Shown piece after piece: positions 19,301 through 27,342 of a DNA stretch of 46,612 bases; positions within the stretch are counted from its first letter, which is position 1; every line of letters begins with the position of its first letter. A program made the translations under genes and the position numbers. Source of the stretch: Planctomycetaceae bacterium (GTDB lineage Bacteria; Planctomycetota; Planctomycetia; Planctomycetales; Planctomycetaceae); contig JAKFVC010000133.1 of the NCBI GenBank assembly GCA_021732415.1, positions 1 through 46,612 on the forward strand, written 5' to 3'. The notes beneath the pieces are model-generated. The model searched no databases. It had not been told where the DNA came from and worked only from the letters and a program-made list of their open reading frames with translations.

Positions 19301-20809
19301 TCCGGTGAGGACAAGAACGGCGGTCAAAAACAGACCGGTCCGGCCAATAAGCCCACGAAAGAAAACGGGCCGGATAGTAAAGAGGCTCTGGAGCAAGGGC
19401 CGGGGAATGGGCAGAAGCCTGATCCTGAAAAGAAGCCCGGTCCGATGCCGAAGCCCAATGGGGACAAATCGCCGGACTCGACAACCGGCGAAGAAACGCC
19501 CGCCGAAGAGGGGCCCGATGCTGTTAAGAAAAAAGCCACTGGCGATGAGAAAGGCCCTGCGACTGGCCAGAAAAAGCCAGATGCCGACGCACCGCAGGCA
19601 AAGGGCGAATTGGAACGCAAACCCGGTTCCGAGCCTGGCGCGATGCGCAAATCGGATAGGCCGAAAGATCCCAACGCCAAGCCTGAGGATGGTTCCCCGG
19701 AGCCCAATTCCACAAAGGCGAAGTCGGACGGGTCTGCTCGTCCCGATGATCCCATGAACGGAAAGGGCAAAGATGCCGCGCAACCTCGGGAAAAACGCCC
19801 GGGCGAGGCGCCATCGCAGGAGACCCCGAACCCCGGTAAGGGGAGACCAAATCAGAAATCGCAACAGCCTGATTCTGGAGAGCAAGGGGGCGGTACACCG
19901 CAAGATAAGGGGACTCCGGGCAGCAAGCAGGAAGGTCAGGGGGATACGGAACCCAAACCAGGCGATAAGACTCCGGATACCGAAGGCCAAGGCGGCAAGC
20001 CCGGCGACAAACCGGGTGAGGGATCGAAGACGCAGCCCTCTAAGAACGACAATGGCGATAAGAAACCGGGAGCTGGCGGCGAACCGTCCTCCGACAAGCC
20101 TGACGGTCAGCCGATGCCTGGTGATGCTGAGAAGCCAGGTGCCGAAGGCAAACCTGGAAGTGGAGAAGGCAAGCCGGGCGAAGGGAAACCGGGTCAGCCA
20201 GGCGAAGGCAAGCCCGATGCAGGCAAGCCGGGTTCTGGGAAGCCCGGAGGGCAAGGCAAACCCGGCGGTCAGCCCGGCCAGGGTGGCCAGCCCGGCGAAG
20301 GAGCGAATAACAACGATCAACCTGGAAACGAAGCGGGGAACGGCGCCGGCAAACCTAATAAGGAACGTCGCAATCTGCCCCCCGTCGAGCAAGCTCAGGA
20401 AGCCCAAGAAGCGGCCGAAAAGGCCAACGAAGAGTTCGCCCGCAAGGCCTCGAGCCTCGTGCTGAAGAAGCTCCGCAAAGACTTGGATCGGGGCCAGGTG
20501 GATCAGGAGTTGCTCGACGAATTGGGGTGGAACAAGGACGACATGGAACGCTTCGTCCAACGCCTGGAAAAACAACTGGCCGACACCGGCGAAGACACCA
20601 GCCCTGATTCGATCGCCCGCCGTCGTCAGTTTGAAGAGACGTTGAAGACGTTGGGCCTCAGCAGCAAGACGAAGCTGCGCAAGGCCGCTGGTGGCAAGCC
20701 GACCCGGGTCAACGAATTGGGCGATCGCAAGATTGCCCCGCCGCCCGAGTACCAGGAACTGTTTGAAGAGTACACCAAGGACCTGGCGAAGCCGACGACC
20801 AAGAAGTGA
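16346..20809 (+). CDS. Giant (1487 aa) membrane-anchored protein: 2 N-terminal TM helices, a ~450-aa folded region, a ~800-aa intrinsically disordered K/P/G/E/Q/D-rich low-complexity region, and a ~150-aa structured C-terminus (DUF4175 / TIGR02302-like architecture, tentative)
   Basis: Continuous ORF with a purine-rich SD (agaagaggtg) upstream. Strong coding-strand purine skew. The TM helices are LGLAVLGYVLTFVIL and AIWLGALLIGGGTWL. Imperfect KPGEGKPG / QPG / PGDK repeats. It is co-oriented and adjacent to the BatA-like gene. Confidence 0.7.
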   Translation: MATTVEPRDGTQPYVDADEYIDFQLAKTQSQIKATEILTSASWLGLAVLGYVLTFVILDQWVIPGGFGTWPRAIWLGALLIGGGTWLTTRVLMPWFKTVHELYAAKMIESADPTLKSSLLNLIDLQIHDRKSQSALVRTSMEKRAAVELSRVDVDHAIDRQALLRVAYALLGMLVVCSLYVMLSPKDAFSSVQRLLLPASQTAVATRTAIANITPEDTRVLAGELLTVEADILGQTPKQVTLVYTTEDHEFVDQPVEMQKVEEGTSRFRGVISGEKGRGLMQNLTYHLEAGDARTRDYNVQVLEPPSSKVESVNYTFPAYMKLEPKKHPGGHIDAWEGTKLALTAFTNLPVQSAMLVMTDTDNPLAKGEEVVMKITNGKELSAEWTLEFRSDGTFARYYHIECKTAAGESDPQPTVYSIKIQPDQRPDVSLLHPTQDLERPANAVVPLSVKASDPDFNLRFVTLRVEKAGEEILSAALLDEERPNFEGTHDLQLEKLSAAGLKPGDEILYWIEARDNKQPHGNRSATPRLKIKITAPAKAEELKQQLEEDRQKLLQQQQADEANPETNPNDPKPQPPEGAQDKDPRPRKPGEPKKVRKPGDPKPREEEGQQPDEPGDKPEERPNQPEQQPNKPEGEQQPNQGADKKPQQGAKGQEQNQPGGEKQPGKPQAGGDGAEGQKEEAGDGQQGKPGGKPSQKRGDGAQQDPAQKKQGPADDEEALKKFIEKQQQAESNSNESEKETQPGAEQQSSADKKSGEQKGAPKEKKNGKSEDGSDETPAKPDRIQPGENPAQKQSGSGRPRSETDKKMDRILGRDLKKTAGSDQPNSSDEESRSKPEGESEPKPGAANKQKSANKKSTGEQSNSDSKPGETQSGPEAKPNPNSTPQPGEDQNDKTQSGKTDPKGKAMEKPEKGDQPGQPRGKTGDEKSNNDNEKDPEAGPGDSPKDPKNGDAGDQKPGDKQPGKNGPMGKKPQPEEGKPGEGATASGEDKNGGQKQTGPANKPTKENGPDSKEALEQGPGNGQKPDPEKKPGPMPKPNGDKSPDSTTGEETPAEEGPDAVKKKATGDEKGPATGQKKPDADAPQAKGELERKPGSEPGAMRKSDRPKDPNAKPEDGSPEPNSTKAKSDGSARPDDPMNGKGKDAAQPREKRPGEAPSQETPNPGKGRPNQKSQQPDSGEQGGGTPQDKGTPGSKQEGQGDTEPKPGDKTPDTEGQGGKPGDKPGEGSKTQPSKNDNGDKKPGAGGEPSSDKPDGQPMPGDAEKPGAEGKPGSGEGKPGEGKPGQPGEGKPDAGKPGSGKPGGQGKPGGQPGQGGQPGEGANNNDQPGNEAGNGAGKPNKERRNLPPVEQAQEAQEAAEKANEEFARKASSLVLKKLRKDLDRGQVDQELLDELGWNKDDMERFVQRLEKQLADTGEDTSPDSIARRRQFEETLKTLGLSSKTKLRKAAGGKPTRVNELGDRKIAPPPEYQELFEEYTKDLAKPTTKK

Positions 20810-20820
20810 TGGGATTCAGG

Positions 20821-20903
20821 AAAGGGACGGAAGGGACAGAAAGGACATAAGGGACGGAAATCTGATTTATGTCCCTTTGGTCCCTTCCGTCCTTTATGTC
20901 CCT
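20821..20903. repeat. Word-built hairpin (agggac units): aaagggacggaagggacagaaaggacataagggac ... gtccctttggtcccttccgtcctttatgtccct, between the convergent giant gene and pilD
   Basis: Imperfect ~30-bp arms around a ggaaatctgatttat loop, read directly. It begins 12 nt after the stop of the giant gene. Confidence 0.55.
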
Positions 20904-20938
20904 CGTGTTTATGTGAACCGCATTTCTGCGAACCGTCG

Positions 20939-22315
20939 TTAAGAACCCGGGCGGCGCTGCCACTGTTGGGACCAGCCGTTGCTGGCAGGTTGCTTCCACG
21001 TATTGGTGTGCAACTGCCCTGCCCCGGCCGATGCCCCCGGCCATTCTGCTTGCTTCCAGCGCCCCTGCTGCGGATCGACCTGTTCCATCGCCTGATACGA
21101 CAACTGATCCGCCGAGGTCCAGACTTCGATCCATTGCGGCGGGTACAGATCGATCCCCAGGCACCATTTCACAAACTGCGAACATTGCAGCAATACGTAC
21201 AGCCCGAGGGCCATCGCGATCGCAAAAAACGGCAGCATCGGGCCCAATTCGAAGACATGTTCGAACACTTGCCACAGCCATTTCCAACCCAGGATGACAA
21301 TCAGCGCCGCAATGCTGAGGTACGGTCCGTAGGGGATCTCTCGCTGGGGAAAAAACAGCCACGTCAGCGCGACGACGATTAATGCAATCACCGGCGCGAT
21401 GATGAAGACCATCACCGCTCCTTGCCAGCCGAGGAAACTGCCGATCATGGCCAGCAGAATCACATCGCCGAAGCCCATCGCTTCCTGACGCAACACCAGA
21501 TGTCCGACAAACCGGACCAGCCACACGATGCCCCCGCCAACGATCAGCCCGGCGAGACTCACCAGCAGGCCGTGCCAGTGCGGGTACTGCACGAACCAAC
21601 TGGGCACGCCAGTTCCCGACATCCACCACCAATTCGACGCGCTCTTGAGCCACGCCGGCGGGGTGCCGTTCCCCCAGACGTCATACATCATGGTGATGAA
21701 GTGCGACAGATCGCTGCGTTGAAACCAAGCGGGAATGATGTGGACCTGACCCACTAATCCGGCCCCGATGACCCCCACCGCCATGGCCGGCAGGGTCACA
21801 CCGTCGGGGATGATTCGCAGGTCGAAGTCGATGAACGTTGCGACGACGAGGGCCTCGATCAGCACCATGTGGTAGATATACCGCCACATCAGCACGGCTT
21901 GCGGTGACAACCAGTCCGACCCGGGAAATCCCTGGGGACCAATATTGGTGTAGAGACAGCTTCCCTGAATCCCAGCGCGCAGGTCGCTGGGTATTTCCAT
22001 CCAATAGACGAGAACGAACAGCGATGCATTCAGCAGTTCGATCATCGCATAACGGACGGAAAACTGCTGCCGGCAAAATCGACAGCGGCCACCCAGAATG
22101 AACCAGCCCAGGATGGGGATGTTGTCGCGCGTGGGAATCAGCGTGTGGCAGTTGGGGCAACTGGAGGGGGGGCTGACTAGACTCTTAAGTGAATCCCAAA
22201 AGCCTTCGTGCTGCGGAATGCGGTAGATGCAGACATTCAGAAAACTGCCAATGACGGCGCCAAGCGTGAACAGAAACGGCAGCACCAGCCAGACAGGCAA
22301 ATCGTACAACGTCAC
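20939..22315 (-). CDS. pilD: Type IV prepilin leader peptidase (A24 family), unusually long (458 aa) with a Trp/Gln-rich C-terminal tail and an enlarged inter-aspartate loop
   Basis: N-terminal zinc-binding CPNC...CRFC motif (DiS-P-DiS domain). Catalytic aspartate contexts FIDFDLRIIPD and GFGDVILLAMIGSFLGW. Multiple TM segments. Confidence 0.85.
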   Translation of the reverse strand: MTLYDLPVWLVLPFLFTLGAVIGSFLNVCIYRIPQHEGFWDSLKSLVSPPSSCPNCHTLIPTRDNIPILGWFILGGRCRFCRQQFSVRYAMIELLNASLFVLVYWMEIPSDLRAGIQGSCLYTNIGPQGFPGSDWLSPQAVLMWRYIYHMVLIEALVVATFIDFDLRIIPDGVTLPAMAVGVIGAGLVGQVHIIPAWFQRSDLSHFITMMYDVWGNGTPPAWLKSASNWWWMSGTGVPSWFVQYPHWHGLLVSLAGLIVGGGIVWLVRFVGHLVLRQEAMGFGDVILLAMIGSFLGWQGAVMVFIIAPVIALIVVALTWLFFPQREIPYGPYLSIAALIVILGWKWLWQVFEHVFELGPMLPFFAIAMALGLYVLLQCSQFVKWCLGIDLYPPQWIEVWTSADQLSYQAMEQVDPQQGRWKQAEWPGASAGAGQLHTNTWKQPASNGWSQQWQRRPGS

Positions 22316-22331
22316 GAGAGAACTCCGCCGA

Positions 22332-22859
22332 TCACGCCCGGAACGGGGCAGGCAAGTGGGCCAGGATTTGGTCTACGAGGTCTGGAATGGGGGTCACGTC
22401 CGTATCAATCGTCAGTGTGGCACATTCGCGGTACAGCGGTTCGCGGATGGCCAGGACTTGGGCAATTTCTGTCAGTCCGCCGGCATTGGTCAGGTTCGGG
22501 CGTCGTTCGGCGGTCGTTGCATCTTGCTGAATTCGAGACTGCAATGTTTGGAGACTCGCCTGCAGCCAGATCACGGGGCCCGCCTGACGCACGCGAGCCC
22601 GGGTTTCTGGATTCAGGATAGCTCCACCTCCCGCCGCAATGACCAATCGGTCGCGGCCGAGCAGTTCGGCCATGACTTGCCGTTCGAGTTCCCGAAATGC
22701 CGGTTCTCCTTGTTGAGCAAAGATTTCCCGAATCGTCCGTCCGGCGGTGCGTTCGATTTCTGTATCGGCATCAACCCAATTCCAACCCAGGCGTTCGGCC
22801 AGAGGTCGGGCGACCGTGGTTTTTCCGCTGCCGCGATAGCCAATCAGTGTGATAACCAT
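22332..22859 (-). CDS. aroK: Shikimate kinase
   Basis: LIGYRGSGKTTVARPLAERLGWNWVDAD (Walker A plus shikimate-kinase N-terminal signature). 175 aa. It sits 16 bp upstream of pilD on the same strand. Confidence 0.9.
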   Translation of the reverse strand: MVITLIGYRGSGKTTVARPLAERLGWNWVDADTEIERTAGRTIREIFAQQGEPAFRELERQVMAELLGRDRLVIAAGGGAILNPETRARVRQAGPVIWLQASLQTLQSRIQQDATTAERRPNLTNAGGLTEIAQVLAIREPLYRECATLTIDTDVTPIPDLVDQILAHLPAPFRA

Positions 22860-23208
22860 TCTGCCTGCAATACATTACGTTAGATGTCGGGAAATCGCTG
22901 GAGACGCCCGGAGATTCTTGATCACCAAGGCAATTTACGGCATTCTAGCGATTTTTCGAGGCAAACTCTCTCCCGTCTGACATCGGATTTTGGAACTGAG
23001 CCGAACCCGTGTTGACGCTTGCTGGCAGAACGGGGCGAGGTTGTGGAGAATGACAGGCTGCCAATGCGAACAATCGCCATCAACCGCTGGGCGCTAGCCC
23101 ACGGTTCGGGACCTCAACTAAAATCGGACGCCAAGGCCGACGAAAAGAACCGGACGCCAGGGCGTACCGGCTGATATTGCAGTCACAACCATCACCAGGA
23201 GCCACCCT

Positions 23209-24390
23209 ATGTCAGTCCCCCCTCGCCTGCAGGAATTGCATCCCGAGTTGACTCGTTGGCGTCGAGAACTGCATCAACATCCGCAAACGGCATTCGAAGA
23301 GACGTTTGCGTCGGAATTTATCGCTCAGCGCCTGACTGAAATGGGAATGACGCCCCACCGTGGACTCGCGAAAACCGGCGTCGTCGGTACGCTGCAGGGA
23401 CGTCAGCCGGCGAAGGGGGAAATTCAGGCGATCGGATTGCGAGCCGACATCGACGCGCTCGACATTCATGAAGAAACCGGTCTGCCGTATGCCTCGATCT
23501 TCCCCGGTAAGATGCACGCTTGCGGGCATGATGGGCACACGGCCATGTTGCTGGGGGCCGCGCGATATTTGTCAGAAACCAAGGATTTTTCGGGGACCGT
23601 CCACTTCATCTTCCAGCCCGCCGAAGAGAACGAAGGGGGCGGTCGCGTGATGGTTGAGGAAGGTCTATTCGATAAATTCCCGATGGATGCGGTCTTCGGG
23701 ATGCACAATTGGCCGGGGATTCCTGTCGGACAATTTGCCTCGTGCGCCGGGCCCATTATGGCGGCCTTCGATGTCTTTCAGATCAAGGTCACTGGACGCG
23801 GCTCGCACGCGGCGAAACCGCATGAATCGATCGACCCCATTGTCATTGCCTCCCATATCGTTACCGCACTGCAATCGGTCGCCAGCCGCCAGACGGATCC
23901 GCAGGACCAAGTGGTGGTCAGCGTGACGCAAATCCATGCTGGCGATACGTGGAACGTGATCCCCACCACAGTCGTGATTCGCGGCACGGTCCGGACCTTC
24001 CGCAAAGCGGTCCAGGATGCGACCGAGGAATCGATGGGCCGGATCGTCCAGGGAGTGTGTTCGGCGTTTGGTGCCGCCGGCGAATTGCGTTACGAGCGTC
24101 GGTATCCGGCTACCATCAACACGCTGCGCGAGGCGGGATGGACCACGGAGGTGCTCAAGGAGACATTCGGTGCCGAGCAAGTGGATGAAGCTCCGCGGCC
24201 GTCGATGGGGGGCGAGGATTTTTCGTTCATGCTGCAGAAAAAGCCGGGTTCTTACATCTGGGCGGGGAATGGGCCGACGGATGGAGATCGATTGCTCCAC
24301 AATCCGCATTACGATTTCAATGATGACTTGTTGCCGCTGGGGGCCACGTATTGGGCCCGGTTGGTGGAGCGTCTGTTGCCGGTTAGCTAA
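23209..24390 (+). CDS. M20D-family amidohydrolase (hippurate hydrolase / N-acyl-amino-acid amidohydrolase-like)
   Basis: HACGHDGHTAMLLGAARYL metal-binding signature. 393 aa. An AGGAG Shine-Dalgarno sits 6 nt upstream of the ATG. Confidence 0.9.
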   Translation: MSVPPRLQELHPELTRWRRELHQHPQTAFEETFASEFIAQRLTEMGMTPHRGLAKTGVVGTLQGRQPAKGEIQAIGLRADIDALDIHEETGLPYASIFPGKMHACGHDGHTAMLLGAARYLSETKDFSGTVHFIFQPAEENEGGGRVMVEEGLFDKFPMDAVFGMHNWPGIPVGQFASCAGPIMAAFDVFQIKVTGRGSHAAKPHESIDPIVIASHIVTALQSVASRQTDPQDQVVVSVTQIHAGDTWNVIPTTVVIRGTVRTFRKAVQDATEESMGRIVQGVCSAFGAAGELRYERRYPATINTLREAGWTTEVLKETFGAEQVDEAPRPSMGGEDFSFMLQKKPGSYIWAGNGPTDGDRLLHNPHYDFNDDLLPLGATYWARLVERLLPVS

Positions 24391-24430
24391 AGCGCTGGAA
24401 CTTAACATTGCCCATTTGCCGGATAAGGCT

Positions 24431-24518
24431 GATGGGAGGGCGAGGCTCCCGCCGAGCCGCAAGGTCTGGCGGGGTTCGATAGACGCTTGCGGTTCAGCGG
24501 GAGCCTCACCCTCCCATC
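24431..24518. repeat. Family-1 palindromic element: gatgggagggcgaggctcccgccgagccgcaag ... cttgcggttcagcgggagcctcaccctcccatc, between the amidohydrolase stop and the dnaX start
   Basis: Near-perfect ~33-bp arms. The central segment gtctggcggggttcgatagacgcttgcggttc is shared with the copy at 12000. Confidence 0.75.
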
Positions 24519-24562
24519 AACCGCATATTGATTGACCTCGGCGGCCGACCGCAGAAGGAAAC

Positions 24563-26374
24563 GTGATGAGTACCCCCGAAGAATCGCGCACCGAATACAC
24601 CGTCATGGCGCGGCGGTTTCGCCCGCAGGCGTTTGCGGATGTCGTCGGACAAGAGCATGTCGCCCAAGCCCTGCGAAATTCGATCGTCCAGGGGAGGGTC
24701 GCCCATGCGTACCTCTTCACCGGGGCCCGTGGTGTCGGCAAGACGTCGACCGCACGCATTCTGGCCAAGTCGTTGAATTGCCCGAATGCTGTCGGGCCCG
24801 ATCCCTGCAATGTGTGTGAAGTCTGCCAGGGAATTGCGACTGGCAGCGATGTCGACGTGCTCGAGATCGACGGTGCCTCGAATCGCGGTATCGATGACAT
24901 CCGCAGTTTGCGTCAAAACGTCAACGTGCGGTCGATGCGCAGCCGGTACAAAGTCTACATCATCGACGAAGTTCACATGCTCACCAAGGAAGCCTTCAAC
25001 GCCCTGTTGAAGACCCTGGAAGAGCCGCCTCCCAACGTCAAATTCATCTTCTGCACGACGGAGCCGAACAAGGTTCCCGACACGATTCTGTCGCGCTGTC
25101 AGCGGTTCGATTTCGGAACGATTGCCACGGCGTCGATCAAATCGCGGTTGATGGAGATCGCGACCGCGGAAGGCAAACTGGTCGATTCGGAAGCTCTGGA
25201 ACTGGTGGCCCGCCGGGCTGCCGGGTCGATGCGTGACAGCCAGTCTCTGTTCGATCAATTGCTGGCGTTTGGCGAAGATCACATCAAGGCGGCCGACGTT
25301 CACCGCTTGCTTGGAACGGCTCCGGATGATCGTCTGATCGGCATCATGCAGGCTGTCATCGCGCGTCAACAGGGAGAGCTGCTGGAGCAGTTTCAGATGG
25401 TGCTCGACAATGGCGTGCAATTGGGCGAGTTGACCGATCAGTTGCTTTATTACATTCGAGACCTGTTGATCGTCGCGTCGGGGGCGGTCAATGTGCCTCT
25501 GCAAAGCGTAGCGGATGACAGCTTGCCGGTTCTCAAGCAGCAAGCGGCCGCTTGGGGTGTGCGAAACATCATGGCGGCCATGCAGATTCTCGCCGAAACG
25601 AAGGGCAAGATGCGTGGCGTCGGATACGGCCGAGCCCTCGCCGAACTGGCGCTGGTGCGACTTTCGCTGCTGGAAGATCTCAACGCCCTGGAACATGTGA
25701 TTGCCGCGCTGCGTTCTGGTCAATTCGCTTTGGGGACGGCCACCACTCAGCGGCCCTCGGCTCCCCTCGCCGTTCCGGCACGAACTGGGACGAGTTCACT
25801 CCCCATGTCGGAAAAAAAAAATGACGCCGCGCTAGTCGAATCCCCTTCTGCTCCAGCCCCGGCTCCTGTTCGCACGCCCACGTCGACAGATCGTCTTGCC
25901 CCTTCGCCCTCCGCGACACCTGTTCCGACCCCTGCACAACCGGTGCTTCCGGTATGCGAGTTACAACCCGGTTTGGAAGCCGCGTTTTTGACGCAACTCA
26001 TTGAGCGACTTACGGGTATGCTCAAGGACAATGTGAAAAAATCGATAGCTTCAGCAATTTCTGGGCCAAATCAACTAGTCTTGGGCTTTGAAAAACGTTA
26101 TGATTTGGCACGACAGTATTGCGAACGGAATGACAACCTGAACCGCATCAGGGAAACCGCAACTCAGTTAGCAGGCAAACCAGTTTCGGTGTCGCTGCGA
26201 CAGTTGACGGCAGCCCCTCCCGCGGAGACCAACGAGACCGTGAAAGAGGAAGCTGCAGTGGCAAATTCTGCCAAGAAAGCGGCGGTTTCCGAGGTGAAAG
26301 GGAAAGCCGATCCGTTCGTGCTGAAGGCCGCCGAGATTTTTCACGGAAAAGTTGGGGATGGCACATTGATTTAG
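24563..26374 (+). CDS. dnaX: DNA polymerase III subunits gamma/tau
   Basis: GQEHV...AYLFTGARGVGKTSTARILAKSLNC Walker A and zinc module CPNAVGPDPCNVCEVCQ. SRC motif context. 603 aa with a Pro/Ala-rich linker. AAGGA Shine-Dalgarno. Confidence 0.92.
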   Translation: MMSTPEESRTEYTVMARRFRPQAFADVVGQEHVAQALRNSIVQGRVAHAYLFTGARGVGKTSTARILAKSLNCPNAVGPDPCNVCEVCQGIATGSDVDVLEIDGASNRGIDDIRSLRQNVNVRSMRSRYKVYIIDEVHMLTKEAFNALLKTLEEPPPNVKFIFCTTEPNKVPDTILSRCQRFDFGTIATASIKSRLMEIATAEGKLVDSEALELVARRAAGSMRDSQSLFDQLLAFGEDHIKAADVHRLLGTAPDDRLIGIMQAVIARQQGELLEQFQMVLDNGVQLGELTDQLLYYIRDLLIVASGAVNVPLQSVADDSLPVLKQQAAAWGVRNIMAAMQILAETKGKMRGVGYGRALAELALVRLSLLEDLNALEHVIAALRSGQFALGTATTQRPSAPLAVPARTGTSSLPMSEKKNDAALVESPSAPAPAPVRTPTSTDRLAPSPSATPVPTPAQPVLPVCELQPGLEAAFLTQLIERLTGMLKDNVKKSIASAISGPNQLVLGFEKRYDLARQYCERNDNLNRIRETATQLAGKPVSVSLRQLTAAPPAETNETVKEEAAVANSAKKAAVSEVKGKADPFVLKAAEIFHGKVGDGTLI

Positions 26375-26545
26375 CGCGGATTCGCACTAGTATTTCCGTC
26401 GGAACGCATGACACCGTAATGTGTTGTGTGATTATTGGTGGATGTTGGAGCGAAGGTCTGGACAGGAGACGACGGAATTGCGAAAGTCTGCCTCAACGGG
26501 CAGGAGATTGCTCGCCATTCCGCGTCTGAAGGGAGTCAACAGTCA

Positions 26546-27145
26546 GTGAACGCCTACGGTTCCACAGTCAACGAACTGATTGATCAGTTTGCCAAATTAC
26601 CCGGGATAGGCAAGAAGTCGGCCGAGCGGATTGCTTACCACTTCTTGCGCTGCTCGCGGGAGGAAGCGTTTGCGCTCGCAGATGCCATCCGACAAGTCAA
26701 ACTTAAGATTCATGCTTGCCCCAATTGCTTTAATCTGACTGAAGACAAATTGTGCCAGATCTGTGCCGATCCCCGGCGCGATCCGCGCATCCTGTGTGTT
26801 GTTGAGCAACCGCGAGACCTGCTGGCACTGGAAGCGGCCGGCGCATTTCAGGGGATGTACCACGTTCTCCAGGGACGCATCGCACCCTTGGAAGGCATTG
26901 GGCCTGAACAACTTACAATCGATCAACTGGTGAACAGAATCAAGCGTGATCAAGTGCGGGAATTGATCATGGCCACGAATCCCACTTTGGAAGGAGATGG
27001 CACCTCTTTGTACATTTCGAATGTCTTGGAGGGGACGGGTGTGAAAATAACTCGGCTCGCTCGGGGAATAGCCTCCGGAAGCGTGCTAGAGTTTGCCAAC
27101 AAAGAGATGCTGGCTGATGCCATGCGAGGCCGTCAGTCGTTTTAG
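26546..27145 (+). CDS. recR: Recombination protein RecR. The start is assigned to the in-frame GTG at 26546 (200 aa). The ORF track's upstream ATG at 26435 would add a 37-aa non-conserved extension.
   Basis: [23 protein letters not shown] helix-hairpin-helix. C4 zinc finger [16 protein letters not shown]. Toprim region. A typical RecR is ~200 aa. Confidence 0.85.
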   Translation: MNAYGSTVNELIDQFAKLPGIGKKSAERIAYHFLRCSREEAFALADAIRQVKLKIHACPNCFNLTEDKLCQICADPRRDPRILCVVEQPRDLLALEAAGAFQGMYHVLQGRIAPLEGIGPEQLTIDQLVNRIKRDQVRELIMATNPTLEGDGTSLYISNVLEGTGVKITRLARGIASGSVLEFANKEMLADAMRGRQSF

Positions 27146-27342
27146 TGGAAGTGTCTTGTCGACGAGTTTATCGCGAAGAGTAATCGTAGACGTCGGGCCA
27201 CCAAATTACCAAACGAATTTACCGCGTGACGTTCCGAATCCCAGCTCAGACTCAAAAGAGTTTATTAAGAACATTTGAAGTCTGACGAGTCGAATAGGCT
27301 GGGACAATTTGCCCCCCCCTGCAACGGTGAACTTGACTGCGT

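Noticed and set aside
18845-20575. 576-aa minus-strand ORF (Arg/Leu/Phe-rich), plus the 278-aa and 230-aa plus-strand ORFs at 18921-19757 and 19773-20465
   Set aside because: They lie antisense to, or out of frame with, the purine-skewed low-complexity region of the giant gene. Their own composition is low-complexity (poly-R/L) with no start context. They are artefacts of compositional bias.
20709-21653. 314-aa ORF overlapping pilD in another frame
   Set aside because: The pilD frame carries the canonical zinc-finger and aspartate motifs. The overlapping frame is Arg/Ala/Gly-rich with no motifs.
24506-25723. 405-aa ORF antisense to dnaX. Similar antisense ORFs are at 23665-24462, 30457-31143, 33214-33990, 34015-34893, 40584-41165, 44233-44949 and 45466-46209.
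   Set aside because: All are embedded in or antisense to genes with strong homology-type evidence. They are typical GC-rich shadow ORFs.
26435-26545. Upstream ATG start for recR giving a 236-aa product
   Set aside because: The extra 37 aa ([37 protein letters not shown]) lack any RecR conservation. The in-frame GTG at 26546 yields the canonical 200-aa RecR that begins just before the HhH motif. I cannot exclude the longer form without expression data.
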